64,000 nt of DNA, taken from NCBI GenBank assembly GCA_017541025.1, contig JAFXZY010000008.1, positions 44,535-108,534 on the forward strand, given 5' to 3'. Of this stretch, positions 53,459 through 62,712 are shown piece by piece. Source of the DNA: Bacteroidaceae bacterium (lineage in GTDB: Bacteria; Bacteroidota; Bacteroidia; Bacteroidales; Bacteroidaceae). Position 1 is the first letter of the stretch, and each line of letters starts with the position of its first letter. The notes beneath the pieces are model-generated. The model worked only from the letters and a program-made list of their open reading frames with translations, was not told the origin of the DNA and made no database searches. The position numbers were made by a program, and so were the translations under genes.

Positions 53459-54136
53459 ATGATGATAAAGATTGAAAATCTCTCAAAAGTATTCCGCACT
53501 GAGAATGTGGAGACAACAGCGTTGAATGGCGTAAGCCTGGAAGTAAAGGAAGGCGAGTTCGTGGCAGTCATGGGTCCTTCGGGTTGTGGCAAATCAACGC
53601 TCCTGAATATCCTCGGATTACTCGATAATCCCGATAATGGCAACTACTACCTCGAAGGTGAGGAGGTGGGACACCTGAAGGAGAAGGATCGTACCAAGTA
53701 TCGCAAAGGACGCATCGGCTTTGTGTTCCAGAGCTTCAACCTCATTGATGAACTCACTGTAGAGGAGAACATCGACCTACAACTGAAGTACCTTAAAGTG
53801 CCAAAGGCAGAGCGCAAGCAACGCGTCTTGGACATCCTGCGCAAGGTAAACCTCTCACAGCGTGCCACCCACTATCCTCAACAACTCTCTGGCGGTCAGC
53901 AGCAGCGCGTAGCCATTGCACGTGCTGTGGTGGGGAAGCCAAAGCTGATTCTTGCCGATGAGCCAACGGGTAACCTTGACTCAAAGAATGGACTCGAAAT
54001 CATGGAGCTACTCTCACAACTCAATTCGGAAGGTACCACCATCGTAATGGTAACGCACAGCCAGCACGATGCTGCATACGCAAATCGTATCATCAACCTG
54101 TTTGACGGTGAGATAGTTGAGAATACCGTACTTTGA
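53459..54136 (+). CDS. ABC transporter ATP-binding protein (MacB/LolD-type)
   Basis: Walker A GPSGCGKST, signature LSGGQQQRVAIARA and Walker B ILADEPTGNLD. Confidence 0.9.
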   Translation: MMIKIENLSKVFRTENVETTALNGVSLEVKEGEFVAVMGPSGCGKSTLLNILGLLDNPDNGNYYLEGEEVGHLKEKDRTKYRKGRIGFVFQSFNLIDELTVEENIDLQLKYLKVPKAERKQRVLDILRKVNLSQRATHYPQQLSGGQQQRVAIARAVVGKPKLILADEPTGNLDSKNGLEIMELLSQLNSEGTTIVMVTHSQHDAAYANRIINLFDGEIVENTVL

Positions 54137-54346
54137 TGAAAAATTCTGTATACAACATCTTGAAGTAACAGATTTCCCCAGACTTCGTAAAAGTGGTGAA
54201 GAAGAACCGAAATTATTGACTTTTCTCGTTTTAATCTCACATACAACAATTATGGGGTGTGAGAGCCGATGGTTATTATGTACTAAAAGCGTTTTTTATT
54301 ATAAATATGGTGGGTATGTTGTTAACGCCCTTATTTGCAACCGCAA

Positions 54347-55342
54347 CTACTTGGTGGTTATCATCCTTACAAAGTAATCCAGGATGGCCTTTGCCTGTTC
54401 TGGGGAGATGAAAAGGTAGAAGTGTCTGCCCGATGAATCTGGGGTGAAATGCGTATAGCCTTCCTTGGTAACTACAACACGTCCGGATGGGGAGACGCTA
54501 AAGAACTGCTGTGGATCTATGGCATACAGAACGGCTGTGAGGTCCCAAGTAGGACGATCCTCTATCTTAGGCAGATAGGCTTTGTACGAATCGACGATGG
54601 GATGGTGACGGGTCCAGGTAAAGTCGTTCTCGATGCTTTGAGCAGGATAACGGATCTGTAGCCCCAACTCGAAGGGCGACATATAGATGGGTGTGGGCCA
54701 CTCGCTGAATACACGTTGACAGGCCACCACGTCGTTCACGACATTATACTCGGCATATTTGGGGTTCTCGATATGTCCGGCCATCGTTACCAGTCGGATT
54801 ACTTTCTGCGCTACCAGTTCCCGCCCCGTAAGGGGTGAGTATTCGTCAGCCTGGGTATCCATCAGCAAGGCCAGATTTGTGCTGAAGCCTACAGAGATGA
54901 CAGTCACCGAAGCGTCATCGGCCTTTGCCAACAGTTTCCGATATAGCTTGACAGCAGGCAAGAGTTTCGTATAGTCCTTTATACTTCGTTTGTATAGCGG
55001 TTTACCCTTCGCGTTGGTTTTCTCGCAAACAACCTGTGTGTAGTTGGTTCCTGCCACCATACTCTGACCGCTTCTGGGACTCAGTCCGATAGGAATATGT
55101 TTCTGGCCGTACCAGGTATTCAGCAAATCGATGTACTTGGGTGGGAACTCGCCCTCCTTGTTCAGCATGACAGCCATCAGCCGGATGCGACCCTGATGGT
55201 GGTATTTGTATAGCATATCTATCGCCAACGCATCGTCAACGTCATTGCCCATGTCTGTCTCGAAGATGATGTTCATACGATGTGCCCTTACCTCGACCAG
55301 GACACAAAAAAATGCAATCAGTAAAAAGAATTTTCTTCTCAT
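54347..55342 (-). CDS. Nucleoside hydrolase (inosine/uridine-preferring family), secreted
   Basis: Signal peptide and the N-terminal aspartate cluster IFETDMGNDVDDALA. Confidence 0.75.
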   Translation of the reverse strand: MRRKFFLLIAFFCVLVEVRAHRMNIIFETDMGNDVDDALAIDMLYKYHHQGRIRLMAVMLNKEGEFPPKYIDLLNTWYGQKHIPIGLSPRSGQSMVAGTNYTQVVCEKTNAKGKPLYKRSIKDYTKLLPAVKLYRKLLAKADDASVTVISVGFSTNLALLMDTQADEYSPLTGRELVAQKVIRLVTMAGHIENPKYAEYNVVNDVVACQRVFSEWPTPIYMSPFELGLQIRYPAQSIENDFTWTRHHPIVDSYKAYLPKIEDRPTWDLTAVLYAIDPQQFFSVSPSGRVVVTKEGYTHFTPDSSGRHFYLFISPEQAKAILDYFVRMITTK

Positions 55343-55403
55343 TATGGTATTTTTAACGTTTCGCCAGCTATAGGAACTTCAGTAATATAACCGTTTTGTG
55401 TTG

Positions 55404-55411
55404 CAAATATA
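55404..55411 (-). promoter_or_regulatory. Bacteroidetes -7 box (TATATTTG on minus strand) for the nucleoside hydrolase gene
   Basis: Matches TAnnTTTG, 62 nt upstream of the ATG at 55342. Confidence 0.4.
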
Positions 55412-55578
55412 ATAAAAAAAGGGTTATTACTATCAATCGAAAGAAAAAATAAATAATTTATTTTATTCTTTTCCCACTTATTCGTAATTTTGAGACGTTC
55501 TCTCTAAAATACTCACGCTCGGGAATAAAAATAATGAATTATTTTGTATTCCGCTCGCTTATTCGTAATTTTGCAACC

Positions 55579-57405
55579 ATGAATATGAAGAAAAATGAAA
55601 TATGTATGCGCGTACAAGCGCTACGCGCATATATGCAAGAAAGAAACTTGCAGGCTTTTATCTTTCCAAGCACTGATCCTCACTGCGGTGAGTATGTTCC
55701 CGACCACTGGATGACACGCCAATGGATAAGTGGTTTTGACGGCAGTGCCGGAACAGCTGTTGTGACACTTGAGGATGCTGCCCTGTGGACGGACAGCCGT
55801 TACTTCCTGGCTGCTGCCGACCAGCTGAATGGAACTCCTTTCCGCCTAATGAAGGATAAACTGGAGGAAACACCTACCATCAGCAGATGGCTTCAAGAGG
55901 TGCTGCCTGTAAGAAGCAACATAGGTATGAACGGTTGGGTGAATACGATGGCTGACGTAAGAGGCATGAAGGATGAGTTGGAGAAGGCCGGCTTGCAACT
56001 GTGCATTGTTGATGACCCTGCTGACGAATTATGGGAGAACCGGCCCGGCATACCCGTTAACCCCATCGAGATTCAACCGCTGGAATATACAGGCGAGACT
56101 TGTCAGAGCAAACTGACCCGTCTGCGTGAGGCTTTGCTTCAGGCAGGAGCCGAAGGAACGGTTGTCAGTCAGTTGGACGAGATTGCCTGGCTGCTGAACC
56201 TGCGCGGAACAGACGTACACTGCAACCCCGTCTTCGTAGCCTATATGCTGTTGGATCAGAGTGAAGCCACGCTCTTTACCAATCCCGAGAAGATTACTCC
56301 AAAGGTAGCTGCCTACCTGAAGGAGAACAAGATAAATACCCTTCCCTACGCCGATATTACCGAGGCACTGAAGGCCTACAAGGCAGAGGCGCTGCTACTG
56401 GACCCCAACACCAGCAACTGGAACCTGCAGGCCTATCTGCCCGAAAGCTGCAAGATTGTGGAACATAAGTCGCTGATTGCGCCTATGAAGGCCATTAAGA
56501 ACGAGGTTGAAATTCAAGGCTACCGCAATGCGATGCTCCGCGACGGAGTGGCTATGGTGAAATTCCTCTGCTGGCTGAAGAAAACCATGAAGAGCGGCAA
56601 CTACCCCACAGAAATGGATGTTGACCGCAAGCTGACTTCCCTGAGAGCCGAGCAGCCTCTCTTCCGCGATATCTCTTTCGATACAATCGCTGCCTACGGG
56701 CCTCATGGTGCCATCGTTCATTACGAACCCACACCCGAGACGGATATCAGGCTGGAGCCGAAAGGTTTACTGCTCCTGGACAGCGGTGCGCAATATCAGG
56801 ACGGAACAACGGATATCACGCGAACCATCGCACTGGGTCCGCTTACCGAATCGGAGAAGCGGGATTATACCCTTGTGCTGAAGGGACATATCCGTCTGGC
56901 AATGGCCAAATTCCCCAAGGGGACTTGCGGCACACAGTTAGATGTGCTGGCTCGCTACGCCATGTGGCAGGACGGCATCAATTATCTGCACGGAACGGGT
57001 CATGGCGTGGGATCTTACCTGAATGTACACGAAGGTCCGCACCAGTTCCGCATGAACTACATGCCGGCTCCTCTGTTGCCGGGAATGACGATAACGGACG
57101 AGCCTGGCATCTACAGAGCCGGAGAACATGGCGCACGCACAGAGAACACCATGCTTATAACGGAATACAAGAAAACGGAGTTCGGCGAATTCCTGCAACT
57201 GGAACCGCTGACCCTCTGTCCCATAGATACCACTCCTATCATCTGGGAAATGATGCTGCCCGATGAGATAGCATACCTGAATGCTTATCACAAGCGGGTA
57301 TATGAGGAACTCTCACCTTATCTGAATGAGGAGGAAAGGAACAGCCTGAAAAGCCCCCTCCCCGCTCCCCCTTTGGGGGAGTGCCCAAAAGAGAGGAAGA
57401 GATAA
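55579..57405 (+). CDS. Xaa-Pro aminopeptidase (M24B, aminopeptidase P family)
   Basis: The likely ATG at 55579 gives MNMKKNEI. M24 metal site HGTGHGVGSYLNVHEGP and TDEPGIY. The C-terminal tail SPLPAPPLGECPKERKR comes from a repeat arm. Confidence 0.85.
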   Translation: MNMKKNEICMRVQALRAYMQERNLQAFIFPSTDPHCGEYVPDHWMTRQWISGFDGSAGTAVVTLEDAALWTDSRYFLAAADQLNGTPFRLMKDKLEETPTISRWLQEVLPVRSNIGMNGWVNTMADVRGMKDELEKAGLQLCIVDDPADELWENRPGIPVNPIEIQPLEYTGETCQSKLTRLREALLQAGAEGTVVSQLDEIAWLLNLRGTDVHCNPVFVAYMLLDQSEATLFTNPEKITPKVAAYLKENKINTLPYADITEALKAYKAEALLLDPNTSNWNLQAYLPESCKIVEHKSLIAPMKAIKNEVEIQGYRNAMLRDGVAMVKFLCWLKKTMKSGNYPTEMDVDRKLTSLRAEQPLFRDISFDTIAAYGPHGAIVHYEPTPETDIRLEPKGLLLLDSGAQYQDGTTDITRTIALGPLTESEKRDYTLVLKGHIRLAMAKFPKGTCGTQLDVLARYAMWQDGINYLHGTGHGVGSYLNVHEGPHQFRMNYMPAPLLPGMTITDEPGIYRAGEHGARTENTMLITEYKKTEFGEFLQLEPLTLCPIDTTPIIWEMMLPDEIAYLNAYHKRVYEELSPYLNEEERNSLKSPLPAPPLGECPKERKR

Positions 57406-57475
57406 TGTAGAATGTTTAATCATAATATCCCCAAACGATAATCTCCTCACCCAAAGGGGGAGGTAGGAAGGGGGC
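57353..57475. repeat. GC-rich palindromic element, inverted pair (variant 1): arms 57353-57384 and 57443-57475
   Basis: Arms are GCCCCCTCCCCGCTCCCCCTTTGGGGGAGTGC and CTCCTCACCCAAAGGGGGAGGTAGGAAGGGGGC. The loop contains AACGATAAT. Confidence 0.8.
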
Positions 57476-57481
57476 CTTAAT

Positions 57482-58090
57482 ATGGCTATAATAAAAAGAC
57501 TTGAGGGGATGCCTGCTCCCCGATTCGGCAAGCACTGTTATTTCAGTGAAGGTGCCGTGATAGTAGGCGATGTAGAGATGGGCGACGACTGCACCGTATG
57601 GTTCAATGCAGTGGTCAGAGGTGATGTACACTTTGTTAAGATTGGTAATCGTACCAACATACAGGACAACTCCTGCATTCATACCCTGAATGGCAAGGCT
57701 CCCTGTATCCTAGGCGATGATGTGACCATCGGCCACAGCGTAACCTTGCACGGATGCGAGATTAAGGACGGTGCCTTGGTGGGAATGGGTGCTACAGTTT
57801 TGGACCACGCCGTTGTGGGCAAAGGAGCCATTGTAGCTGCTGGTGCCTTGGTGCTAAGCAACACGCAGATTGGCGATGGTGAACTCTGGGGCGGCGTGCC
57901 TGCCAAGTTCATCAAGAAGGTAGATCCCGCTCAGGCGCAAGCCTTGAACAAGACCTATGCTGCTCATTACATAGAGTATAGCGACTGGTTCCGCAAAGCG
58001 GATTCCGACCCCCAAAACACACAAATAGTAACAACAAGTGAAGAATACGGCCTCACCCCCAACCCCTCTCCGGGGAGAGGGGAGAAGTGA
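57482..58090 (+). CDS. Gamma-class carbonic anhydrase-like hexapeptide-repeat protein
   Basis: Left-handed beta-helix (VIVGDVEMGDDCTVWFNAVVRGD, LGDDVTIGHSVTLHGCEI). The C-terminal ~30 aa extension ends in the repeat-derived NPSPGRGEK. Confidence 0.8.
   Translation: MAIIKRLEGMPAPRFGKHCYFSEGAVIVGDVEMGDDCTVWFNAVVRGDVHFVKIGNRTNIQDNSCIHTLNGKAPCILGDDVTIGHSVTLHGCEIKDGALVGMGATVLDHAVVGKGAIVAAGALVLSNTQIGDGELWGGVPAKFIKKVDPAQAQALNKTYAAHYIEYSDWFRKADSDPQNTQIVTTSEEYGLTPNPSPGRGEK
58051..58087. repeat. GC-rich palindromic element, single arm (variant 2)
   Basis: CCTCACCCCCAACCCCTCTCCGGGGAGAGGGGAGAAG. It matches the reverse complement of 748-793. Confidence 0.7.
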
Positions 58091-58164
58091 AAAGTGAAGA
58101 ATTTTTCAAGTTGAAAATTATTCGCTAAACGGTAAACGGTAAACTATATAAGAATTATGAATTA
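58086..58164. repeat. AT-rich tandem word module (GTGAARA, AAGTTGAAA, (TAAACGG)x3, AATTATGAATTA)
   Basis: Read directly. It is collinear with 8546-8596 and with 35946-36017. Confidence 0.7.
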
Positions 58165-59299
58165 CAAAAGTATTACCCTAACGCTATGCCTTATGGCAAG
58201 CTTGGCACTGACAAGTTGTATTAGCTACAAGTACGAGAAGAATTATACGCTGTCGTGGAGCAACCCGTTGCCCCTGAAGTTTGGTGACCCCTTCCTGTTG
58301 CACGCCAGTGACGGTAAGTATTATATGTACGGAACCTCGCTGGAAGACGGCTTCGAAGCTTACGTCAGCGACAGTCTGAGCAACTGGCAGCCTTGCGGTA
58401 AGGTTTATCAGGGAGGCCAAGCCGACCAATGGAACGTAAACTGTTTCTGGGCGCCTGAGGTATATGAGCGTGACGGCAAATATTATATGTTCTTCAGCGC
58501 CAACTACAAGGAGAACCCCACCAACGAGGAGGAGAACTTCAAGATTGGTGTAGCTGTGAGCGATTCGCCTGCAGGACCCTTCAAGGATCTCTATGACCGC
58601 CCCATTTTTAATCCCGAATATCCCATCATCGACGCCAATGTGTACTTCGACGACGAGACGGGCCGATGCTATCTGTACTTCAGCCGTTGCTGCTACAAGC
58701 ACAGTGTGGAGAGTGAGATTGCCGACAGCCTGAAAGCTGCAGGTGTCTATGACAACATTGAAGAGAGCTGGGTGTATGGTGTGGAAATGAAGCCCGACTT
58801 CAGCGGTGTGATTGGAGAACCCCAGCTGTTGCTGTGCCCTCCCAAGAAGCTGGATGATGCTCAGGCTGAATGGGAAAGCCGCAGTGCCACCCACAAGGAG
58901 GTGAACCGCCGCTGGACAGAAGGCAGCTACATCTTCCGCGAGGGAGATACCTATTATATAATGTATAGCGCCAACCATTATGGCGGCGAGTACTATGCCG
59001 TAGGCTATGCCACCAGCAAGAACCCGCTGGGCCCCTTCAAGAAAGCCGACAACAACCCCGTTCTGCAGAAAGAGGGGAACGTATTGGGAACCGGTCATTG
59101 TATGGTTATAACATTACCCAACGATAACCGCTACTGTGTCTATCACGGACGCATGGCTGAGAATCCAGGCGAGCGCGTTGTGCTGATAAGTCCGCTGGAG
59201 ATAGACAAAAATGGAAAACTTACAGTAAATCAGGGAGTAACATCGTTCCACGAACATAAAACCGTGGATATTAACATAGGAAACGAAAAGAAAGATTAA
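58157..59299 (+). CDS. GH43-family glycoside hydrolase lipoprotein
   Basis: Lipobox LALTSC. GH43 motifs FGDPFLL, FWAPEVYERDGKYYMFFS and WTEGSYIFREGDTYYIMYS. Confidence 0.85.
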   Translation: MNYKSITLTLCLMASLALTSCISYKYEKNYTLSWSNPLPLKFGDPFLLHASDGKYYMYGTSLEDGFEAYVSDSLSNWQPCGKVYQGGQADQWNVNCFWAPEVYERDGKYYMFFSANYKENPTNEEENFKIGVAVSDSPAGPFKDLYDRPIFNPEYPIIDANVYFDDETGRCYLYFSRCCYKHSVESEIADSLKAAGVYDNIEESWVYGVEMKPDFSGVIGEPQLLLCPPKKLDDAQAEWESRSATHKEVNRRWTEGSYIFREGDTYYIMYSANHYGGEYYAVGYATSKNPLGPFKKADNNPVLQKEGNVLGTGHCMVITLPNDNRYCVYHGRMAENPGERVVLISPLEIDKNGKLTVNQGVTSFHEHKTVDINIGNEKKD

Positions 59300-59309
59300 C
59301 ATAAAGACA

Positions 59310-60590
59310 ATGAAAAGAAACTTAGAGACGATCTGCATTCACGGCGGATGGAAGCCGACAAAGGGCGAACCTCAGCAGTTGCCCATCTATCAGAGTACAA
59401 CATTCAAATACGATACCAGCGAGCAGATGGCCCGTCTGTTCGACCTGAAGGACAGCGGTTACTTCTATACCCGTCTGGCCAATCCCACCAACGATGCTGT
59501 GGCTAAGAAAATTGCTGCATTGGAAGGCGGTGTGGGTGCCGTGCTGACCAGCAGCGGACAGGCAGCCAACTTCTACGCTATCTTCAATATCTGCGAAGCT
59601 GGCGACCATTTCATCACCACCAATAGCATCTATGGCGGTACGTATAATCTCTTTGGCGTGACGATGAAGAAACTGGGCATAGAGTGCACATTCATCGACC
59701 CCGACTGGGATGACGAGCGCATCGAAAAGGAGTTCCGTCCCAACACGAAGTGTTTCTTCGGCGAGACCATCAGCAACCCTGGCGGGAACGTTTTCGATAT
59801 AGAGCGCTTTGCCAAGATGGCCCACAAGCATGGTGTGCCCTTGATTGTGGACAATACCTTTGCCACGCCCATCAACTGCCGCCCCTTCGAGTGGGGTTGT
59901 GACATTGTTACCCACAGCACCACCAAGTATATGGACGGACACGCTACTCAGGTAGGCGGCGTGGTGGTAGACAGCGGCAACTTCGACTGGGATGCCTACG
60001 GCGATAAATTCCACGGCCTTACCACTCCCGATGAGAGCTATCACGGACTGACGTACACCAAGCAGTTCGGCAAGCTTGCCTACTCCACCAAGTTGGTGAG
60101 CCAGTTGATGCGCGACTTGGGCAGCATCCCCGCACCCCAGAACTCTTTCCTGCTGAACCTGGGTCTGGAAACCCTCCATCTGCGTGTGCGTCAGCATTGT
60201 GCCAATGCTCAGAAGGTAGCTGAATGGCTGGAGAAGAATCCCAAGGTGGGATGGGTGAACTACTGCGGTCTGCCTGGCAACAAATACTACGAGTTGGGAC
60301 AGAAATACCTGCCAAACGGTTCTTGCGGAGTAATAGCCTTCGGCCTGAAGGGTACACGTGAAGATGCCATCCACTTCATGGACAATCTGGACTTCATCAG
60401 CATTGTTACCCACGTGGCCGATGCACGTACCTGCGTGCTGCATCCTGCCAGCCATACACACCGTCAGCTGAGCGACGAGCAGTTGCGCGAGGCCGGTGTA
60501 GCCCCCGACCTGGTACGTCTGTCGGTGGGTATCGAGAACGTAGAGGATATCATAGCCGACCTGGAGCAGGCAATGAACAAGATGAACTAA
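59310..60590 (+). CDS. O-acetylhomoserine aminocarboxypropyltransferase / sulfhydrylase (PLP-dependent, Cys/Met metabolism family)
   Basis: YTRLANPTN, SSGQAA and HSTTKYMDGH (PLP Lys). Confidence 0.9.
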   Translation: MKRNLETICIHGGWKPTKGEPQQLPIYQSTTFKYDTSEQMARLFDLKDSGYFYTRLANPTNDAVAKKIAALEGGVGAVLTSSGQAANFYAIFNICEAGDHFITTNSIYGGTYNLFGVTMKKLGIECTFIDPDWDDERIEKEFRPNTKCFFGETISNPGGNVFDIERFAKMAHKHGVPLIVDNTFATPINCRPFEWGCDIVTHSTTKYMDGHATQVGGVVVDSGNFDWDAYGDKFHGLTTPDESYHGLTYTKQFGKLAYSTKLVSQLMRDLGSIPAPQNSFLLNLGLETLHLRVRQHCANAQKVAEWLEKNPKVGWVNYCGLPGNKYYELGQKYLPNGSCGVIAFGLKGTREDAIHFMDNLDFISIVTHVADARTCVLHPASHTHRQLSDEQLREAGVAPDLVRLSVGIENVEDIIADLEQAMNKMN

Positions 60591-60611
60591 AATAACACCT
60601 GATAAAGAAGC

Positions 60612-61382
60612 ATGATCACAGAAGAAGTTTTTAACTACCTGCTGGCAGGTATGGTGGTTTTGGGATTATTTGTCTTTATAAGCCTGTATTTTATTACAGC
60701 CGGCTACGGACAATTCCACACCAAGCAATGGGGATGGAGCATTAACAACAAGGTTGGCTGGGTGCTGATGGAAGCTCCTGCCTTCCTGACCATGGTGATT
60801 ATCTGGCTTACAAGCGGAGGCCCTACAGTTGCTCCACAGATAGTGCTGTTGGGATTGTTCCTGTTTCACTACTTCCAGCGTAGCTTTATCTTCCCCTTCC
60901 TGATGTCAGGTAAGAGTAAAATGCCTGTTACCATCATGCTTTCTGGTGTAACATTCAATGTTATCAACGGCATTATGCAAGGCGGCGGACTCTATTGGTT
61001 TCCACAAGAAGCATATCAGGAGGGCTGGAGCTACTTTACACATGGAATTGCCATTATAGGAATCATCGTCTTCTTTATAGGAATGGGCATCAACCTGCAT
61101 TCTGACCACGTAATTCGCAACTTGCGCAAACCTGGTGATACCAAGCACTATCTGCCCAAGGGTGGCATGTACCACTTTGTAACCAGCGGCAACTACCTGG
61201 GTGAGTTGATAGAGTGGACGGGCTTTGCCATCATTGCCAGCTCTCCCGCCGCGTGGGTTTTTGTCTGGTGGACGGCTGCCAACCTGGTACCTCGTGCCCA
61301 TGCTATCCATAAGAAATACCGCAATGAGTTTGGAGACTCTGCAGTAGGAAACAGAAAGAGAATTATACCGTTTATATATTAA
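60612..61382 (+). CDS. 3-oxo-5-alpha-steroid 4-dehydrogenase (steroid 5-alpha-reductase, SRD5A-like) membrane protein
   Basis: About 6-7 TM helices. The C-terminal signature NLHSDHVIRNLRKPGDTKHYLPKGGMYHFVTSGNYLGELIEWTGFAI resembles SRD5A family proteins. Confidence 0.8.
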   Translation: MITEEVFNYLLAGMVVLGLFVFISLYFITAGYGQFHTKQWGWSINNKVGWVLMEAPAFLTMVIIWLTSGGPTVAPQIVLLGLFLFHYFQRSFIFPFLMSGKSKMPVTIMLSGVTFNVINGIMQGGGLYWFPQEAYQEGWSYFTHGIAIIGIIVFFIGMGINLHSDHVIRNLRKPGDTKHYLPKGGMYHFVTSGNYLGELIEWTGFAIIASSPAAWVFVWWTAANLVPRAHAIHKKYRNEFGDSAVGNRKRIIPFIY

Positions 61383-61387
61383 TAACA

Positions 61388-61462
61388 GCCCCCTCCCCGC
61401 TCCCCCTTGGGGGAGTGCTCTAACGATAATCCCCTCACCCAAAGGGGGAGGTCGGGAGGGGG
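61388..61462. repeat. GC-rich palindromic element, inverted pair (variant 1): arms 61388-61418 and 61430-61462
   Basis: Arms are GCCCCCTCCCCGCTCCCCCTTGGGGGAGTGC and CCCCTCACCCAAAGGGGGAGGTCGGGAGGGGGC. The loop is TCTAACGATAAT. Confidence 0.8.
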
Positions 61463-61479
61463 CCAAAAGATAAGATATT

Positions 61480-62712
61480 ATGAACAAGATATTTGAAGAG
61501 GCTCATATTGGTCCTCTAACCTTAAGAAACAGAACCATCAGAAGTGCAGCTTTTGAAAGTATGTGTCCTGGACACAAACCCAGTCAGATGCTGTACGACT
61601 ATCATACCAGTGTAGCGAAAGGCGGTGTGGGAATGACCACCGTTGCATACGCTGCTGTTACAGAAAGTGGACTGAGTTTTGACCGCCAGTTGTTAATGCG
61701 CCCGGAGATTGTTCCTGACCTGCGTCACCTCACCGACGGCATTCATGCGGCTGGGGCTGCCGCCGGTATTCAGTTAGGACACTGCGGCAATATGAGCCAC
61801 AAGGAAATCTGCGGTTGTATTCCCGTTGGTGCCTGCACAGGATTCAACCTGTACAGTCCTACCCTGGTACGTGGGCTGCGCGTTGAGGAGATGGCTCCTA
61901 TGGCCAGGAAATTCGGTGCAGCTGTGAATCTGGCACGTGAAGCAGGATTCGACAGTGTAGAGATTCACTGCGGTCACGGCTATCTGATAGATCAGTTTCT
62001 AAATCCCTACTTCAACCACCGTCATGATGAATTCGGCGGTTCATTAGAGAACCGTATGCGTTTCATGACAATGTGTATCGAGGAGGTAATGAAAGCTGCC
62101 AAGGACGATATGACTGTGGTATGCAAGATGAATATGCGTGACGGCAGAAAGAACGGCATTTCGCTGGATGAGCACAGCATTCCCATAGCCAAGCGTTTGC
62201 AGGAGCTGGGTGTTCACGCCATAGTACTAAGTGGAGGTCTGGTAAGTTGTACCCCTATGTATGTGATGCGTGGTGAAATGCCCATCCAGACGTTAACCCA
62301 TTACATGGATAAGGCCTGGTTGAAACACAGCGTCCGTCTTTGTGGCAAGCTGATGATACCGACCGTTAACTATCAGGAGGCGTTCTTCCTGGAAGATGCG
62401 CTGAAGTTCCGTGAGGCTATGCCCGACATGAAGTTCATCTACGTAGGAGGACTGGTGGCCGGCGATAAGATAAACGAGGTATTGGGACATGGCTTCGAAG
62501 CCGTCCAGATGGCACGCAGCCTGCTCAACGAGCCCGACTTCGTAAACAAACTGAAGAAAGACCCGCATTACCGTTGCGGCTGTAAGCACAGCAACTACTG
62601 CATAGGACGTATGTACACGCTGGAGATGGCCTGTCATCAGCACATGGAAGAGGAACTCCCTAAGAAGATAGTGAAGGAAATTGCAAGAATAGAAAAAGAA
62701 CAGAACGCATGA
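61480..62712 (+). CDS. Old-Yellow-Enzyme family NADH:flavin (FMN) oxidoreductase (ene-reductase)
   Basis: LRNRTIRSA, FDSVEIHCGHGYLIDQFLNPYFNHRHDEFGGSLENRMRF. TIM-barrel only, 410 aa. Confidence 0.85.
   Translation: MNKIFEEAHIGPLTLRNRTIRSAAFESMCPGHKPSQMLYDYHTSVAKGGVGMTTVAYAAVTESGLSFDRQLLMRPEIVPDLRHLTDGIHAAGAAAGIQLGHCGNMSHKEICGCIPVGACTGFNLYSPTLVRGLRVEEMAPMARKFGAAVNLAREAGFDSVEIHCGHGYLIDQFLNPYFNHRHDEFGGSLENRMRFMTMCIEEVMKAAKDDMTVVCKMNMRDGRKNGISLDEHSIPIAKRLQELGVHAIVLSGGLVSCTPMYVMRGEMPIQTLTHYMDKAWLKHSVRLCGKLMIPTVNYQEAFFLEDALKFREAMPDMKFIYVGGLVAGDKINEVLGHGFEAVQMARSLLNEPDFVNKLKKDPHYRCGCKHSNYCIGRMYTLEMACHQHMEEELPKKIVKEIARIEKEQNA

Noticed and set aside
54117-54377. An 86-aa ORF and a TTTGCAACCGCAA motif (54334-54346) in the 210-bp gap after the ABC ATPase. 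The motif resembles the tRNA promoter region at 38581-38593.
   Set aside because: The ORF overlaps the ends of both flanking genes and has no motifs. The -7 box is imperfect (TTATTTG lacks the two-base spacer of TAnnTTTG) and points into the 3' end of a convergent gene. The evidence is insufficient for a feature.
55479-55573. A direct 15-16 nt duplication CTTATTCGTAATTTTG (55479-55493 and 55558-55573), each copy containing a TAATTTTG -7 box, upstream of the M24 peptidase.
   Set aside because: There are only two short copies. Most likely this is a local promoter duplication that also explains the alternative upstream ATG (55534). I see no further structure to interpret.
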